This document shows positions 39,516 to 53,224 of a stretch of 64,000 bases of DNA, piece by piece; the first letter of the stretch is position 1; each line of letters begins with the position of its first letter. Location of the stretch: positions 1,798,001 to 1,862,000 of the forward strand of contig OX597818.1 of the NCBI GenBank assembly GCA_951406725.2. Direction: 5' to 3'. The stretch comes from Octopus vulgaris (taxonomy: Eukaryota). A program made the position numbers and the translations under genes. The notes beneath the pieces were generated by a model. It was not told the origin of the DNA and did not search any database. It saw only the letters and a program-made list of their open reading frames with translations.

Positions 39516-40215
39516 GTTTCGCTGTCTGTGGTTGGCATTTCACTTGTATGTAGGTTACCCAAATAAATAACTTTAAAAATATACAGCTCCACAAATATGC
39601 TCCTGTATGGCTTCTAATAATTTACTCGATGTCGAAAGTAAAAAGCAGAAACATTAATACCATTTGATTATATATACCAAAATATGATTGTGTATATAAT
39701 TGATTATATACAAATGTATGTAGATACCCGGAATGAATTGCCCGGATATGTATATAATTATGTAATATTTTCACCATTTCCGATGTGTTTAGATTTTCTC
39801 TATTCCGTTTACAATTACAAATCCACGTTACTGCTGTGGCCTCTGCTACTCGGACCAGCCTTTCACACAAACACACCAGATTCATTCAAACTTCCTACCC
39901 TCGATACCCATATTGTGTTCCCCGCACTAAACCCTTTCTTTAGTTATTCCCCACCTCTGACCGTTTATCCAGGACTTCTTCAAAAGAAACATCAACCTAC
40001 ATATCGATTTTGTTGCGCATCAGGGATCTCTGAAAGCCAAGGGTACAGCACATAAATCTACTAAAAATGTCAATTATTTGGTATTTTGTACCTATTTGGC
40101 CCTGACTGACCTGATCTCTTATTTCTGACTGAACTGATCTTTAATCAAAGGTGCTCCAAGATCGAACCTTAAAGATTGCAGTGCACTATACCAGCTCGTC
40201 CGACTACTTTACTAT
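38766..40215. repeat. 386-bp direct duplication (38766-39151 and 39830-40215)
   Basis: Near-identical; I see two substitutions (gcgcttctggg vs gcgcatcaggg). Confidence 0.92.
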
Positions 40216-40408
40216 CGAAGAATAAAACTTATATTTGTTTCTTTATTACCCACAAGGGGCTAAACATAGTGAGGACAAGCAAAGGGATAAAGTCGATTAC
40301 ATCGACCCCAGTGCGTAACTGGTACTTATTTAATCGACCCCGAAAGGATGAAAGGCAAAGTCGACCTCGGTGGAATTTGAACTCAGAACGTAGCGGCAGA
40401 CGAAATAC

Positions 40409-42018
40409 TGATTTCTTTATTACCCACCACGGGCCAACATAGAAGGTACGTACACAATATCGGGGAACTAAATTTATAAAAATAGGAAACATAAAGAAAG
40501 AAGCAAAATTAAAAGAAACGAATGAATCATGAAAAAGATGATATAATGAGGCGGAATGCCCACTTCATCCCCGAAGCCGAGTGGTTACATTGAAACTGTT
40601 TTACCGTTCAATCATACTTATCTAAAATTCAGCAGTTCAATACCGTAGTCATTTTTTGGTTCGGTATAACAGGTCTATTTTGGCAATTGCTCTCTTTCCT
40701 CAATCACCTTCCACAATTCAATACCCTTATCATACTTTTTTACTATCTCCATTTGTGCCTTATTTAACAATTGGCATATAATAGGATCACCATCTACATC
40801 GAAGAATTCCACTTCGACCACATCCTTCCACTCACTCACCAGGTTTACAACATCATCCTCCGCGTCCGCATACAAAACGCAAGTGAAACAAACAGGGGGA
40901 GAGGGAGCCATATCTACGTCAAGTGTGTTGGCATTTCTTTTCTGTTTTGTTGTTGGAGGGGAATGGGTAGGTTTAGTGTTTGCATGGGAGGGTGTGGTGA
41001 AAAGGGAGAGGGAGGGCACTGGGTGGGTTGGGGTTCACAAGTACTTTCTTTTTTTTCTTTTTTTCCCGGCTATTTCCCATCCCCTATCTTCTAATACTGG
41101 AGTTTGGTGATGGCTGTCGCTCTTCTACCATTTTGGGTGATGGAGGGCAGTTCACTCCTATGTGGCCTTTCTGGCCACATTTAAAGCAGCGAGGAATCCT
41201 GCCCTCCACCCACACTTTCAGGATCAAATCCCCAATCCACAGGTTCTCGGGAAGCACTTCGGAGACCTCCACCTCAGCTTGGAGGGTAATTTCGATGATT
41301 TGTCCCTTCCATGTTGCTCCTTCCATCACTTCCGCTTGAATTACCTTCACCTCTTTTTCTCTTTCAATAAAGAGAGCCGCCACCACCCAAGCCGCATCGA
41401 TTTCAGGGGAAATCCCTTCCACTTTGATTTTGGCAATCCTCTTGCTCATTTAAGACGGCTAGAGGACTACCTTTTCCGTTTTTAACACTTTTGCAGCGTG
41501 GGCTATCGCTCTTTCCTTTGTTTTATAATGAACAATAATCGTCCCGAATTTGCTACCTCTGGCCAGATAGGTAATATCCTGTCTATCTCTTTCATGTGGT
41601 CGACCCTCTTTTTCTCAATTGAGTAAACTTTGTACGTTACCATCTTCTTTTGGATTTCATTCATCCTAGTCTGCGGTGGGGACAACCTCACGTCGTTCCC
41701 CACCTTTACAGCCATTCTACTGTCTCTTTCCATATTTGCCAGGTTTATTTTCTTCCTTCTCATCTCGGTTGCCTCTGCAAAACTTTTCTTTTCCAGACAT
41801 GCGTCCAACATCTTTACTACCTTAACCAGTTCTTTCTCCGAAGAGGACAACTCAGTTTCGATTAGGTTCGAATATACACGACTTCCATCTGCCCTCTCTC
41901 AATACTACTGAGAGACGGCACAAATACTCAAAAACGGCTGCAAACGCGGCACAAAGAACAACAAAATCAATCAGTAATACACAATATAGCCAAACAAACT
42001 AGCTCGAACAACTCACAG
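40409..42018 (-). mobile_element. ORF1-only Tx1-related non-autonomous retrotransposon
   Basis: 11-bp TSD agacgaaatac (40398-40408, 42019-42029); ORF1 with CCHC knuckle; AATAAAGAAAT 3' end; no ORF2. Confidence 0.85.
40675..41850 (-). pseudogene. Tx1-like ORF1 zinc-knuckle protein, frameshifted
   Basis: AKIKVEGISPEIDAAWV...VEGRIPRCFKCGQKGHIGVNC aligns by eye to the 152..463 ORF. Confidence 0.82.
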
Positions 42019-42401
42019 AGACGAAATACCTATTTCTTTACTACCCTCAAGGGGCTAAACACAGAAAGGACAAACAAGAACAGACAAACAGATTAAGTCG
42101 ATTATATCGACCTCAGTGTTTTCACTGGTACTTAATTTATCGACCCCGAAAGGATGAAAAGTAAAGTCGACCTCGGCAGAATTTGAACTCAGAACGTAAC
42201 AGCAGACGAAATACGGCTGCGTCTTTTTCCCCGACGTGCTAACGAATCTGCCAGTTCGCCACCTTAAATAAAACTTATATTAGCTCACATTTAAATCCTA
42301 TTCTATTAAATGATATTTACCGCTCGCTGGATGGAGTACGTTTTTGCTGATCCAATAACGGAACAGTGCACTACACACACATATATGAGTATATATACAT
42401 A

Positions 42402-42449
<48 letters not shown>

Positions 42450-42452
<3 letters not shown>

Positions 42453-42868
42453 TTTTATTCTTTTACTTATTTCAGTTAGTTGAGAGCGGCCATGCTGGAG
42501 TGCTATCTTGAAGGGTAAAGTCGAGTAAATCGATCCCAGGATTTATTTTTAAGCCTAGTACTTATTCTATCGGTGAATTTTGTAGAACCGCTAAGTTACT
42601 GGGACGTAAACATACCAAAACCGGTTATCAAGCGGTGATGGGGATAAACACAGATACAAAGATACACAAACACACATTCACACGCACATACATACACACG
42701 CACACACACATACGACGGGCTTCTTTCAATTTCCGTCTACCAAATCTACTCATAAGGTCTTTGGTCAGCCTCGGGCTGGCCAAAGATACTTGCCCAAGGG
42801 ACCATGCAGTGAGACAGAACCCAGGACTATGTGGTTGAGAAACTTCTTACCATACAGCCATGCCTGTG
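42450..42868 (-). mobile_element. CORE-type SINE
   Basis: Reverse complement of the family sequence. Confidence 0.82.
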
Positions 42869-42883
42869 TCTATATATATATGT

Positions 42884-42923
<40 letters not shown>

Positions 42924-42936
42924 ACGCACGCGTGCG

Positions 42937-42969
<33 letters not shown>

Positions 42970-43001
42970 TTATATCTGTGTATGTACACATACGCGCGCG
43001 T

Positions 43002-43094
<93 letters not shown>

Positions 43095-43294
43095 GCCATT
43101 TGCTGAAATAAAGAATGAATGCAAAATGAAAGAATGCAAAAACATTTCTTCCGATGTGCGTAGATACTTAAATTGTGGGATGTCTCCTGGCGGACTATTT
43201 CATGATTTGTTTATTGAGATGTACCCAAACACCTTCTCCAATCAATAGCACAGTGTGTCAGCAGCTGCATAGAGCAGTGTGTGAGAAAGCTACT

Positions 43295-43330
<36 letters not shown>

Positions 43331-44719
43331 CAATAAGTGAATGACTACCCAGCGAGTCAATTTTTCTTGTTGAGAACTTAGTGTATAAGCCATGAAGCTA
43401 TGCGCACTAACTGAACATAATCTGTCAAGTAATACATGCAGTACCTGCCGCAGAAATAGTAGTTTAATCTTAGCATTGTTGCGAGGTTTACCAAAGAAAG
43501 ATATGAAGATCATAAAGCAATTGTACGTTGTCGTTAATAACTCCCAGTTAAAATACATAAAGTTGGTTTATTGAAATGTTTTCTCTTGTGACAAATCAAT
43601 AGAGATGTTGTCAATACTGCTCTAGATGTTTTTTACTGTATTATTTCCATGCAACAATAATTGATGTTTTATAGGAGTTATTTATTTTAGCAGCCCACTA
43701 TATCATGGCTAGTGTTACTTTAGCAGTCTCGCTTCTTGTTTAATTTGCTTTAGCCATTAATGCGCCGCTTTCCTTACATCCTAATCGTTCTGCAGCTTTC
43801 GTTTTTTTAGTTAATTCATTTAATCTATCACAGCTGCCACCACCTCCTTTAGTAAGTCTTTTATGTCGTCTGATGTAGTCTTTGATGTATGTTTTGTGGA
43901 TTTTATTCCTGTTTAGTCCTCGAACAGTAAGACCTTAGTTTTTAGAATTAGCTTATTTTGTAATATTACAGACCACCGTATTATCATTTAAATGCTTTAG
44001 TAAAAACAAAAACAAAAAAAATCATTAAAACTTTTAATACTTTCGAAAAATAAATAAACCTGAACTTTTGAATTTCAGGCTGCTACAATCTCTGCAAGTT
44101 TTCTCCAAAGCGTTTCCATTTACTATCTAATATTTGAAAAACAAATGAGGCAAAGATCTAACAGTACTTGTTACTCTGTGATATTCGGTACTTAGATGCT
44201 TTCAAAGAGTGCTGGAGGCGTTTTTTTATCTTTATTTCAAGATGTACTTTCGTTATCTTTATTATGATTAGTTGATATGATGCGGTATTTTTCAAGAACA
44301 CAGTTCGAATTTCTCATTAATGTTTAGAGTTTCGTGTATGTAAAGGAAAATAACTTTGAGGTCCCAGCTTCTGCACTCGGTCGACCAGTAACTTTCTTTT
44401 CTCTTTGAACCGTCTTACTTCAACTTTTGCCACAGACAAGGATGGATTTCTATGTTTTTCTTTGCGTTGTCGTTATTTTTCCAAAGGAGCTGTAGTGTTG
44501 TCTGTAGATAATTTACTGAAAAATGTTGTGGTAGATGATTGCTTCCAACACAGACGTAAACATGGCTCTGCGAATAAAAAGTTCACTTTGCAACCATCTG
44601 GCTGTGTTTGATCGCACTGCATGACACCTTTGGCAAATTATTTCCACTACGACCTCAGGTTGATCAGTAGCTTGAGAATGAAACAAACCTTAAAGAAGCT
44701 GTGTGTGTGTGTGTGTGTG

Positions 44720-44802
<83 letters not shown>

Positions 44803-45165
44803 AGTAAATGAAAAAACGTAAGCAGTACAATATAGTCCATCTAATCGAGATGTTTCTTTACTGACAGTGCTATACCTCTCAGCTGATTGAAGTGTACAAT
44901 GTGTGCCTTCATGTATGCTTACCCACTTCATAGCTCCGGGCATGAATTTATACTTCACCCTTTACATTTCCTTGGTAATCAATAGCATCTGATGAGATGA
45001 ATAGTTACCAAAGCATCGACTTGTCCAGCAACGTAATTTGTAAATATTTGTTTGTGGTATATTTGAGTCGTTTTTCCCATTTATTTAACATCGTTGAAAT
45101 ATATGTAAATGTGTATGTGAATGTGTATGTGTGTATACGGGGAGAGAGGGATAGAGAGCGAGGGA

Positions 45166-45203
<38 letters not shown>

Positions 45204-45999
45204 AAAGAAAAAGAAAGGAAGAAAGAAAAGAAAAATAAAGAATATTTGTATATGCATGTGTATGTGTATATTTTAAATTACGGTCATTGTTTTAAAGCCA
45301 GTTTTAAAATAACAACAGAACATTTACTGATGCAGAGACTCAATGCTGAAAGGAGAGATGAATTTATATAAAGTTTTCCTTGACGGCGACTTCAAGTTTT
45401 ACCTAACGGCTTAGTCAAACAAAACCATCCATGTGTCTATTTCTTGCCACGGCGGAAGGATATCAACTGACACTTTCGAACACTATGTACAAGCCCATTG
45501 AAAACATAAAACCATATGGTCAGTGTTCAGAAAATAGGAAATCCATAGCAATAAACATGCTGTTAGCGGCATTGCTGTTGTTTTACTTTGTAAAAGATTA
45601 ATGTTATGGAACCAATAACTGTGAATTAAATATATTCAGAATGGCAAATAGTTTATATTGGTTCAGTAATAATATAGTCTCATATATTGGAAATATCTTG
45701 TACTCCGATAGAGGCGTTCGTGAAGACCAAATCCAGTATACCTGATAAATAGCATAATTGCTACATAGAAAGATATTACGTTGGGTCAGATAGTATTATT
45801 AGCATTCCCATTCTAATAGTTGTTTCCTCAGTCACCATTCAATTCTGGTATTGCTAAAATGATTTAGCAAAAGGTTATTTGCATATCATATCTTTTTAAT
45901 CTCTATTTGTTCGATATAACGATTTACTTATAATTAACTTCGATGTAATACTCTTTACAGATAATTGCGATACAACCTGCTGGTTTATTCAAAATCTCT

Positions 46000-47247
46000 G
46001 AGTTACCGCCGTTTTTTAAATTTAAACTTTTTGACAGGTTTATAAAAAAATAACAACTAATTAATCAATAATGTATTCCCCCTTGTTGTTTACAACTTCT
46101 TCCCAACGTTCAACAAGATTTTTAATACCTCGTTGATAGAAATCACCCGATTTCGACTCGAAAAATTGATCCAACCAAGCTCTCAATTCTGCATCAATAT
46201 TGAACGAAACTCCACGCATAGCATTTGAAAGAGATCGAAAGAGGTGGAAATCCGTTGGTGCCAGATCAGGAGAGTATGGTGGGTGTGGTAGCACTTCCCA
46301 GCCATGCGTTTGAATGGCTTCCTTGGTAATATTGGCGATATGAGGGCGGGCGTTGTCGTGCAGAAGAACTCCATGCTGTCGATTAGGTCTTTTCTCTTGA
46401 ATAGCTGTATTGAGTCGTTCCATCTGTTGAACATAGAGTTCCGCCTTGACCGTTTGGTTCCGTTCAAGCAATTTGCAATGGATAATCCCTTCCCAGTCCT
46501 ACCATACGCACAACATCGTTTTACGCGGATGAAGATCTTGTTTCACGCGCGGTGTTGCTTGTTTACTGGGGTTAAGCCATTCCTTACGCTGCTTCATATT
46601 GATGTACAGACACCATTTTTCGTCGCCAGTAACGATTCAGTAAAGAAATCGTTGCTTGTGTACATGAGTTGAGCGGTGACGAGCAAGCAAACCAGCGGAG
46701 TCACTTAAAGCATGCGGAACCTATGCTCCATACTTCTGTACCTCTCCCATCGAGTAAAGATGCTTCTCTATAGCAGTGTGGGAGCATTCCATTTTCTCTG
46801 CCAGTTTCCTTGTCGTTTGACGAGAATTTTCGTGCAAAAATTGGTTTAATCACTCTTCATCGAACTCAACTGGACAGCCAGAACGACGGATATCTTTGAG
46901 GTTAAAATTTCTATTTTTGAATTTGGCATACGAATCACGAGCGGTTTTTTCAGCTATGGCACACTTTCCATACACAGCACAAATGTTACGAGCAGCTTTT
47001 GCGGCCTTAAAACCTTGATTAAAAGCAAAAAGAAGGAGGTGTCGAAAATGCTCGTTTTTCTTAACTTGACATTCCATTTTAATGATTTGAAAATAAACAA
47101 AAATTAACTGAAATTAGCTAGAAAAAAAATAGATTTCAAAATGATTCAAAAATAGAATTCTCGAAATAAATAGATTCCAAAATTTTAAAACGCAATAAAT
47201 TCCAAAATTAAAAAAAAAACGACGGGAACTTAGTTGCCAACCCAATA
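46000..47247 (-). mobile_element. mariner element; one TIR intact, the other eroded
   Basis: gacgggaacttagttgccaacccaata terminus; transposase remnant inside. Confidence 0.9.
46061..47077 (-). pseudogene. mariner DD34D transposase pseudogene
   Basis: MECQVKKNEHFRH N-terminus; HDNARPH and YSPDLAPTDFHLF motifs; stops and frameshifts. Confidence 0.93.
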
Positions 47248-47406
47248 AATATTGTATGTAATAGTCGTTAATAATCGTTCAATTAATATGTACTTAATGT
47301 AGTTTTTATCATTCGATTTAGCTATGATTATTGAGGTTTTCTGAGTGTGCATCTAACGAATGTGTATTTACATCTTTCCCTCCCTCTCTCTCTCTCTCTC
47401 TGTATA

Positions 47407-47462
<56 letters not shown>

Positions 47463-47654
47463 CGTGTGTATCGTTGGCGATTTTCTTTCTCCGTCTTCTC
47501 TTCTTTGGACTTTTTCTTTTTTTTTCTATATTTCTGACGAAGTTCCGCTCGAAATGTGAAATCCTCCTTCTTTCTTTCCTTTCCTGAGCGTCCAATAACA
47601 CTGTACTTATTCCACGTCCTCACGTTGTTGTGTTTTCTCTTTGTTCATGTCTGG

Positions 47655-47703
<49 letters not shown>

Positions 47704-47718
47704 ATATCTATCTATCTA

Positions 47719-47780
<62 letters not shown>

Positions 47781-47783
<3 letters not shown>

Positions 47784-48545
47784 TTTCACCTACATCGAAA
47801 CCAACATAATAGCCAGAGTCAGTTGTTTATATACATTAATTAAATTTGAGCGAAATTTAAAAGTTTTAGAGTAATAATGGAGATAAAAGTCTTCAGAGAA
47901 TTTGTAAAAGAACTTCTTGTAGGAAGTGTTTGAAACTGTGTTAGTTTATGGCTCTTCTACCTGGAGACTAACAAAAAGTCTTGACATTATGCTGAATGAC
48001 ACCTCTACACGCGTTTCATTCTATTTTCAATGTGGCCTAGGAAGAACACTCCACAAAAGAAAGAATATACAATAAGCTTCCTGAAGTATCAGACATCATA
48101 CAGAAAGACACAGATAAATTTACTGGACACTGAATTAAGGAGAAGGTTGTTAATAGACGACACTAGATGTCACTGAGGAACTGTCACATAACATGGACAA
48201 TAGAGAAGGGTAGAGTATCAGAGCGATGGCTGCCCTAGCAAGCTCGACCTGAAACTCATATATATGCAATACATACATACATACATACATACATACATAC
48301 ATACATACATACATACATGCATACATATATATATACATACATACATGCGTACATACATGCATACACACAGACACACACATGTATATATATATATAGGGAG
48401 AGTTTACGAAGAAAACAAAAGACGAAGACAGGTGGTGTACAAAACAAACAGATGTATTAGTATAACGCTCAGGAATAGAAAAAGTCTTTTACGTTTCGAG
48501 ACTACGCTCTTCTACAGAAAGGGACACAGAAAAAACAAGGAGAGA
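47781..48545. repeat. Left arm of a ~0.8 kb inverted duplication (partner 56177-56991)
   Basis: Near-identical reverse complement; the same spurious ORFs appear on opposite strands. Confidence 0.92.
48486..48521 (-). ncRNA. Hammerhead-like motif with A6U core (CUGUAGA)
   Basis: CUUU-CUGUAGA-A-GAG..CUC-GAA-ACGU-A/AAAG; inverted copy at 56201-56236. Confidence 0.5.
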
Positions 48546-48602
48546 AAAAATGTGTGTTGTGGCTAACCATCTATCATATATATATATATATATATATATA
48601 TA

Positions 48603-50024
48603 GGAAGAAAACCAGCCTAGCAAAATATGTCTGGGAACTAAAAGAAAAGGAAGCCCCACCTTTCAACGTGACATGGAGCATTCTGAACAGGGCGGCACCA
48701 TACAGCCATGGAGCATACAAAAGTAATTTCAAGTGCAAGCTTCGTCTATTAGAAAAAATGTATATCTTATTCAAAGACAATAATTCTTTGAATCAAAAAA
48801 GTGAGCTAATGAACTTATGTAGGCACGCGGCTAAATTTAAAATGTCGAATATAAATATACCATATGGATAGAGTATATATTTTGTATTTTTGATTTTGAT
48901 TTTGACTCTTGAACGATGAGCGCTACGATGGATTTTGTTTCCAAGCTATGCGGATCTTAATCCGTATAGCAAAGTCTTATGTTTCTACATATATATTAGG
49001 AAAAACCTCCAACTTTGTTTTCATGTTATTGTATTGTATAGGATTACCTTGATTATTTATATTACCTTGATTATTTATAAATGACCCAAAATAGGATGTT
49101 ATATTTTATTTTATATGTCTTTCGTATATATTTTTATTAATGCACCAATTTTTTTTTAAAAAAAGCAATGTTTTTTTTTAAAAAAAAGCAATGTTGTCAA
49201 AATTAGAATGTTGATATAAGTATGTGTATAGCAAAGCATATGTATTTGTAAGCATGCGTATCTGTGTATGTGTAAGTGAAAGTATGTTTGTGCTTAAGCA
49301 CACATATACACGACTGTATGTATATGTATCCATTCAAACTTGTGTATGTATACTTGTCTCCATATATGCCAATAATGCCGTTACACTGCTTGTATACATA
49401 ATTTTTTCTTATTTCGTTTTTTTCCCCACCCCTCCTTCGTTCCTTTTTCTCTCTCTCCCTTTCTTTCGTCCCCCCCCCTTACTCAGTATATGAGAATCGC
49501 TACATAGATCATTTTTAACTTGCGTGCGAGATGGTTTGCGTGAATATATGTACACATGCTTTTATGTGAATATTTAGATTTATATTCATACGTTTGTATA
49601 TGTATGGCGTTTGCGCGCATAATTTTGTGTATGTTGATATATATATGTAGATTTTAATATAAATATGTATTGCAGTGTAATATTTATAACAGGTTTAATT
49701 TCTATGCATTAATTTGCACTGTCTTCATTAACGTCAATATGTATTTTATTCAATGTAAGGTTTTTTCCTCGGATTTTATAATTTTTATAAGTTTTTTTAT
49801 ATATATATACATATATTTTTGACCTTTTTGTTTATCGCTCGAAGATTGACCGTTTTTTCTAAAGGGCCAATCAAACAAGTCCATTTCTTTTTAAAGGTGT
49901 AGCGTTTGTAAGAGTATAGATTGAATTGATATATCGGTTCCATTCTAGCAAAAACTGTCTGATGAACGGCAACGAGAAACTCAGAGTAACAGATTTTGTT
50001 GAATTTTCTGCTGCTTAAAATAAA

Positions 50025-50025
<1 letters not shown>
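48603..50025 (+). mobile_element. Penelope-like element 3' part (GIY-YIG endonuclease C-terminus plus tail)
   Basis: TSLAKYVWELK..W.IL..A.PY..CKL.LLEK..I..LNQKSEL..CRH to 48871; hammerhead near the end; (TA)n flanks. Confidence 0.8.
49951..49997 (+). ncRNA. Minimal type I hammerhead
   Basis: AAAACUGU-CUGAUGA-A-CG-GCAA-CG-A-GAA-ACUCAGAGU-A/ACAG-A-UUUU; cleavage site after 49988. Confidence 0.75.
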
Positions 50026-50077
<52 letters not shown>

Positions 50078-51654
50078 TGTATAGACATATATTTATGTGT
50101 ATATCTGTTGAATCAATATAAGGTCTGCCAATCTGTTTGGATGAATTAAAGTATTGTGCTGAACAATCTTATTAATCTATCTCGCCTAACACAATATACT
50201 TTCTTATATCTTACCCGAGCTTTGCTTTATTTCTTCTCCAACCAGCGTTTAAGAGTGAGCATCAATGCTTAGGGAAGCAGTTTATGAGATTAATATAAAC
50301 TAGGGGGCCTGTGAATATTTCACGGAATTAATGATAAAGCTATTGGCTTTTTTCTGAAAACTTTATCCCAAACACCTGAAAGCGTAACCTGTGTGTGTCT
50401 GTATGAATAGATTTTCGCTCATCTACTACTTATTGAAAACTGAAAGAAATTGAAATACGACGATTACTTAATGCACTTTATATACTTTATGCGCAATTTT
50501 ATAGACTTAATATACAGCTCTCATACAATAACTATTCCCTCTTATTTTTCTACTTTTCCCCATAAACAGAAAGAAAATATCCTGTACATATGATACAACC
50601 TTTAGTTAAATTGCATATATCTGTCACGTAAATAGGCGTGAATATTTCGTGGAATTGTACTTATGCGCATGCGTTAAGTGATAGATAACAGTTCAATTTT
50701 TTTAAAATTCGCTTTTCACTATCCAATCACCACGGATACTTCCACCACCACCTCTATCCCCACCACCTTCATCACCACCACCTTCATCTCCACCACCACC
50801 ATCTCTCTCCCTCCACCCTCTCCCTTCTCTCTCCTTCATCTCTTTCTCTCTCTTTCTCTCTCTCTCTCCTCTCTTTCTGCCTTTCATTAACAGAACATCA
50901 CCCTTCTGCTAAAATTATATTTTTAACTCTCTCCTCCTTTACCTTCCACTAACTTTTTAACCACGTAATACATATTACATTCCCCCACCTCAAATCATGG
51001 ACGCTTCTCTCTCCCTATTTTTCTTTTTCCCTCTTTCTGTCTTTTCTCCCTTTTTCTGTCTCACTCTTATCTTCTTTTTCTTTCTCCGTTCTTTCGCTTC
51101 ACGTGAAAGCGTTACAATTACAATTCCTCTACCTCACGTCATGGGCGCTACTCTCTCCATCTTTTTCTCCCTCACTCTTTTCTCCCTCACTCTTTTCTTC
51201 TCCCTCTTTTTCTCTAATCACGTGAAAGCATTACCGACGGGCTAAGTACCGCAATGGCAAGCCGAATTATTATAAGACTAGCTGGCTCCGTGCCATCAAA
51301 AATGACAGCTAATAGTAATATTTTATATATAAATAAGAAATTTTTAGTTTAATGATACTTTTATTACCAAATTTTTTGTAAGTAATTTTAAAGTTTTCCT
51401 TCCTTCTTGTACGACTTAAGACCATATAAAGCTGGCTATGACTAAATAGCGGAGCTGGTAAGTAAATACTAACGTTTTCGAAGCATCATTTCCTTTCAAT
51501 TGGGCTTGTCATTAATGAAACCAACCTCAACTCATACGACTTAAAGCCACAAAAAGCAGTCCGTGACTTATAGTTGATGTTGTAAAAACTCACTATCGAA
51601 AATTTATTACATAAATTTCTTATATATATATTTCTTATATAGATATATATTTCA

Positions 51655-52297
51655 TAAATATAAATAAATTAGACATATGTATGAACTGTTAAATGTGTAT
51701 TTATAATATACTTTTCAAGTGGTGCGGTTTTATATTCTTGATACACTAAGGCAATAATTGTATATGTTTGCGTAGGTGTGTGTGATTGTAATAATTATTT
51801 TTAACACAACAGATAGAATATGGATGGTAATTCAAATTAGTACACTTGACAATGTTATCTAGTGGTTGTATCTTGAGATGTGTCATCGATCATCGTTAAT
51901 TACTGAAAGAACGCTGGTTAGTTTATGTATAGTTGCTGAAAGAACATTGGGTAAAAATTTCTTAATATAAATAAATTAAGAACATGTATAAACTGTTAAA
52001 TTAAGATGTGTATTTATAATATCCCTTTCAACCACAATTGCTTTATATTCTTGATACACTGAGGCAATAATTATTTTCTCTAATGAGTTTGTATATACTC
52101 TTTACTCTTTTACTTGTTTCAGTCATTTGACTGCGGCCATGCTGGAGCACCGCCTTTAGTCGAGCAAATCGACCCCGGGACTTATTCTTTGTAAGCCCAG
52201 TACTTATTCTATCGGTCTCTTTTGCCGAACCGCTAAGTTACGGGGACGTAAACACACCAGCATCGGTTGTCAAGCAATGCTAGGGGGACAAACACAG

Positions 52298-52354
<57 letters not shown>

Positions 52355-52670
52355 TACGACAGGCTTCTTTCAGTTTCCGTCTACCAAATCCACTCACAAG
52401 GCATTGGTCGGCCCGGGGCTATAGCAGAAGACACTTGCCCAAGATGCCACGCAGTGGGACTGAACCCGCAACCATGTGGTTGGTTAGCAAGCTACTTACC
52501 ACACAGCCACTCCTGCGCCATATGTATGTTTGTGTAGGTGTGTGTGATTGTAATACTTATTTTTAAAAAAACAGATATGGATGGTAAATCAAATTAATAC
52601 ACTTGACAATGTTATCTAGTGGTTGTCTTGAGATGTGACATCGATCATCATCTGTTGGTGAAAGAACGCT
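51655..52670. repeat. ~310 bp tandem duplication; second copy interrupted by a SINE
   Basis: 51655-51960 recurs at 51965-52075 plus 52520-52670. Confidence 0.7.
52097..52519 (-). mobile_element. CORE-type SINE, full length
   Basis: Complete head to (AGTAAAAG)n tail on the minus strand. Confidence 0.9.
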
Positions 52671-53131
52671 GATACTCACACATACAAGCATACACATACT
52701 CCCCTTGTATACGCACACACATACACACACATACTCACACATACACATATACTCAGCGTTGACTATTCACCATCCCACTTCCATTGCACACACACACACA
52801 CACACAAAATTTCACCTACCTCCCTTTTACATACACACACATATACTCAAAGTTGAAACGCTGTTTGATATTTTTCACCGTAGGATTTCCATCATCCCAC
52901 TACCAAATTTATCATCACCCCTTCTTTATTCATCTACCACCCCTCTTTTCTCATTCTTATGTTGTGACGGAGAAAAACAGAAGAGTATTATTGTAGTAGA
53001 TATTTTTAACAATAATAGTTTGTTCAGTTATTCCTTATTCCTACAGTTCGCAAAGATTAATCTGGCTTTTTAAATCCGATCAAATATGGTCTAGGGTTAT
53101 ATGTATGTGTGAATGTGTGTGTGTGTGCGTG

Positions 53132-53171
<40 letters not shown>

Positions 53172-53224
53172 TGGGTGTGTGTGCGACAGAGAGAGAGAGA
53201 AGGGAGAAAGAGAATACCTTTGCT

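Larger units (their letters stand above)
40230..42264 (-). mobile_element. tRNA-derived SINE dimer split by an inserted retroelement
   Basis: SINE head and first unit at 42019-42264, second unit at 40230-40408. Confidence 0.85.

Noticed and set aside
43700-44690. Possible pogo-like transposase relic
   Set aside because: Too degraded; no TIRs or clear DDE motifs
47525-47565. Third copy of the CUGACGA hammerhead family
   Set aside because: Stem II is deleted and the triplet is GUG; treated as a dead copy
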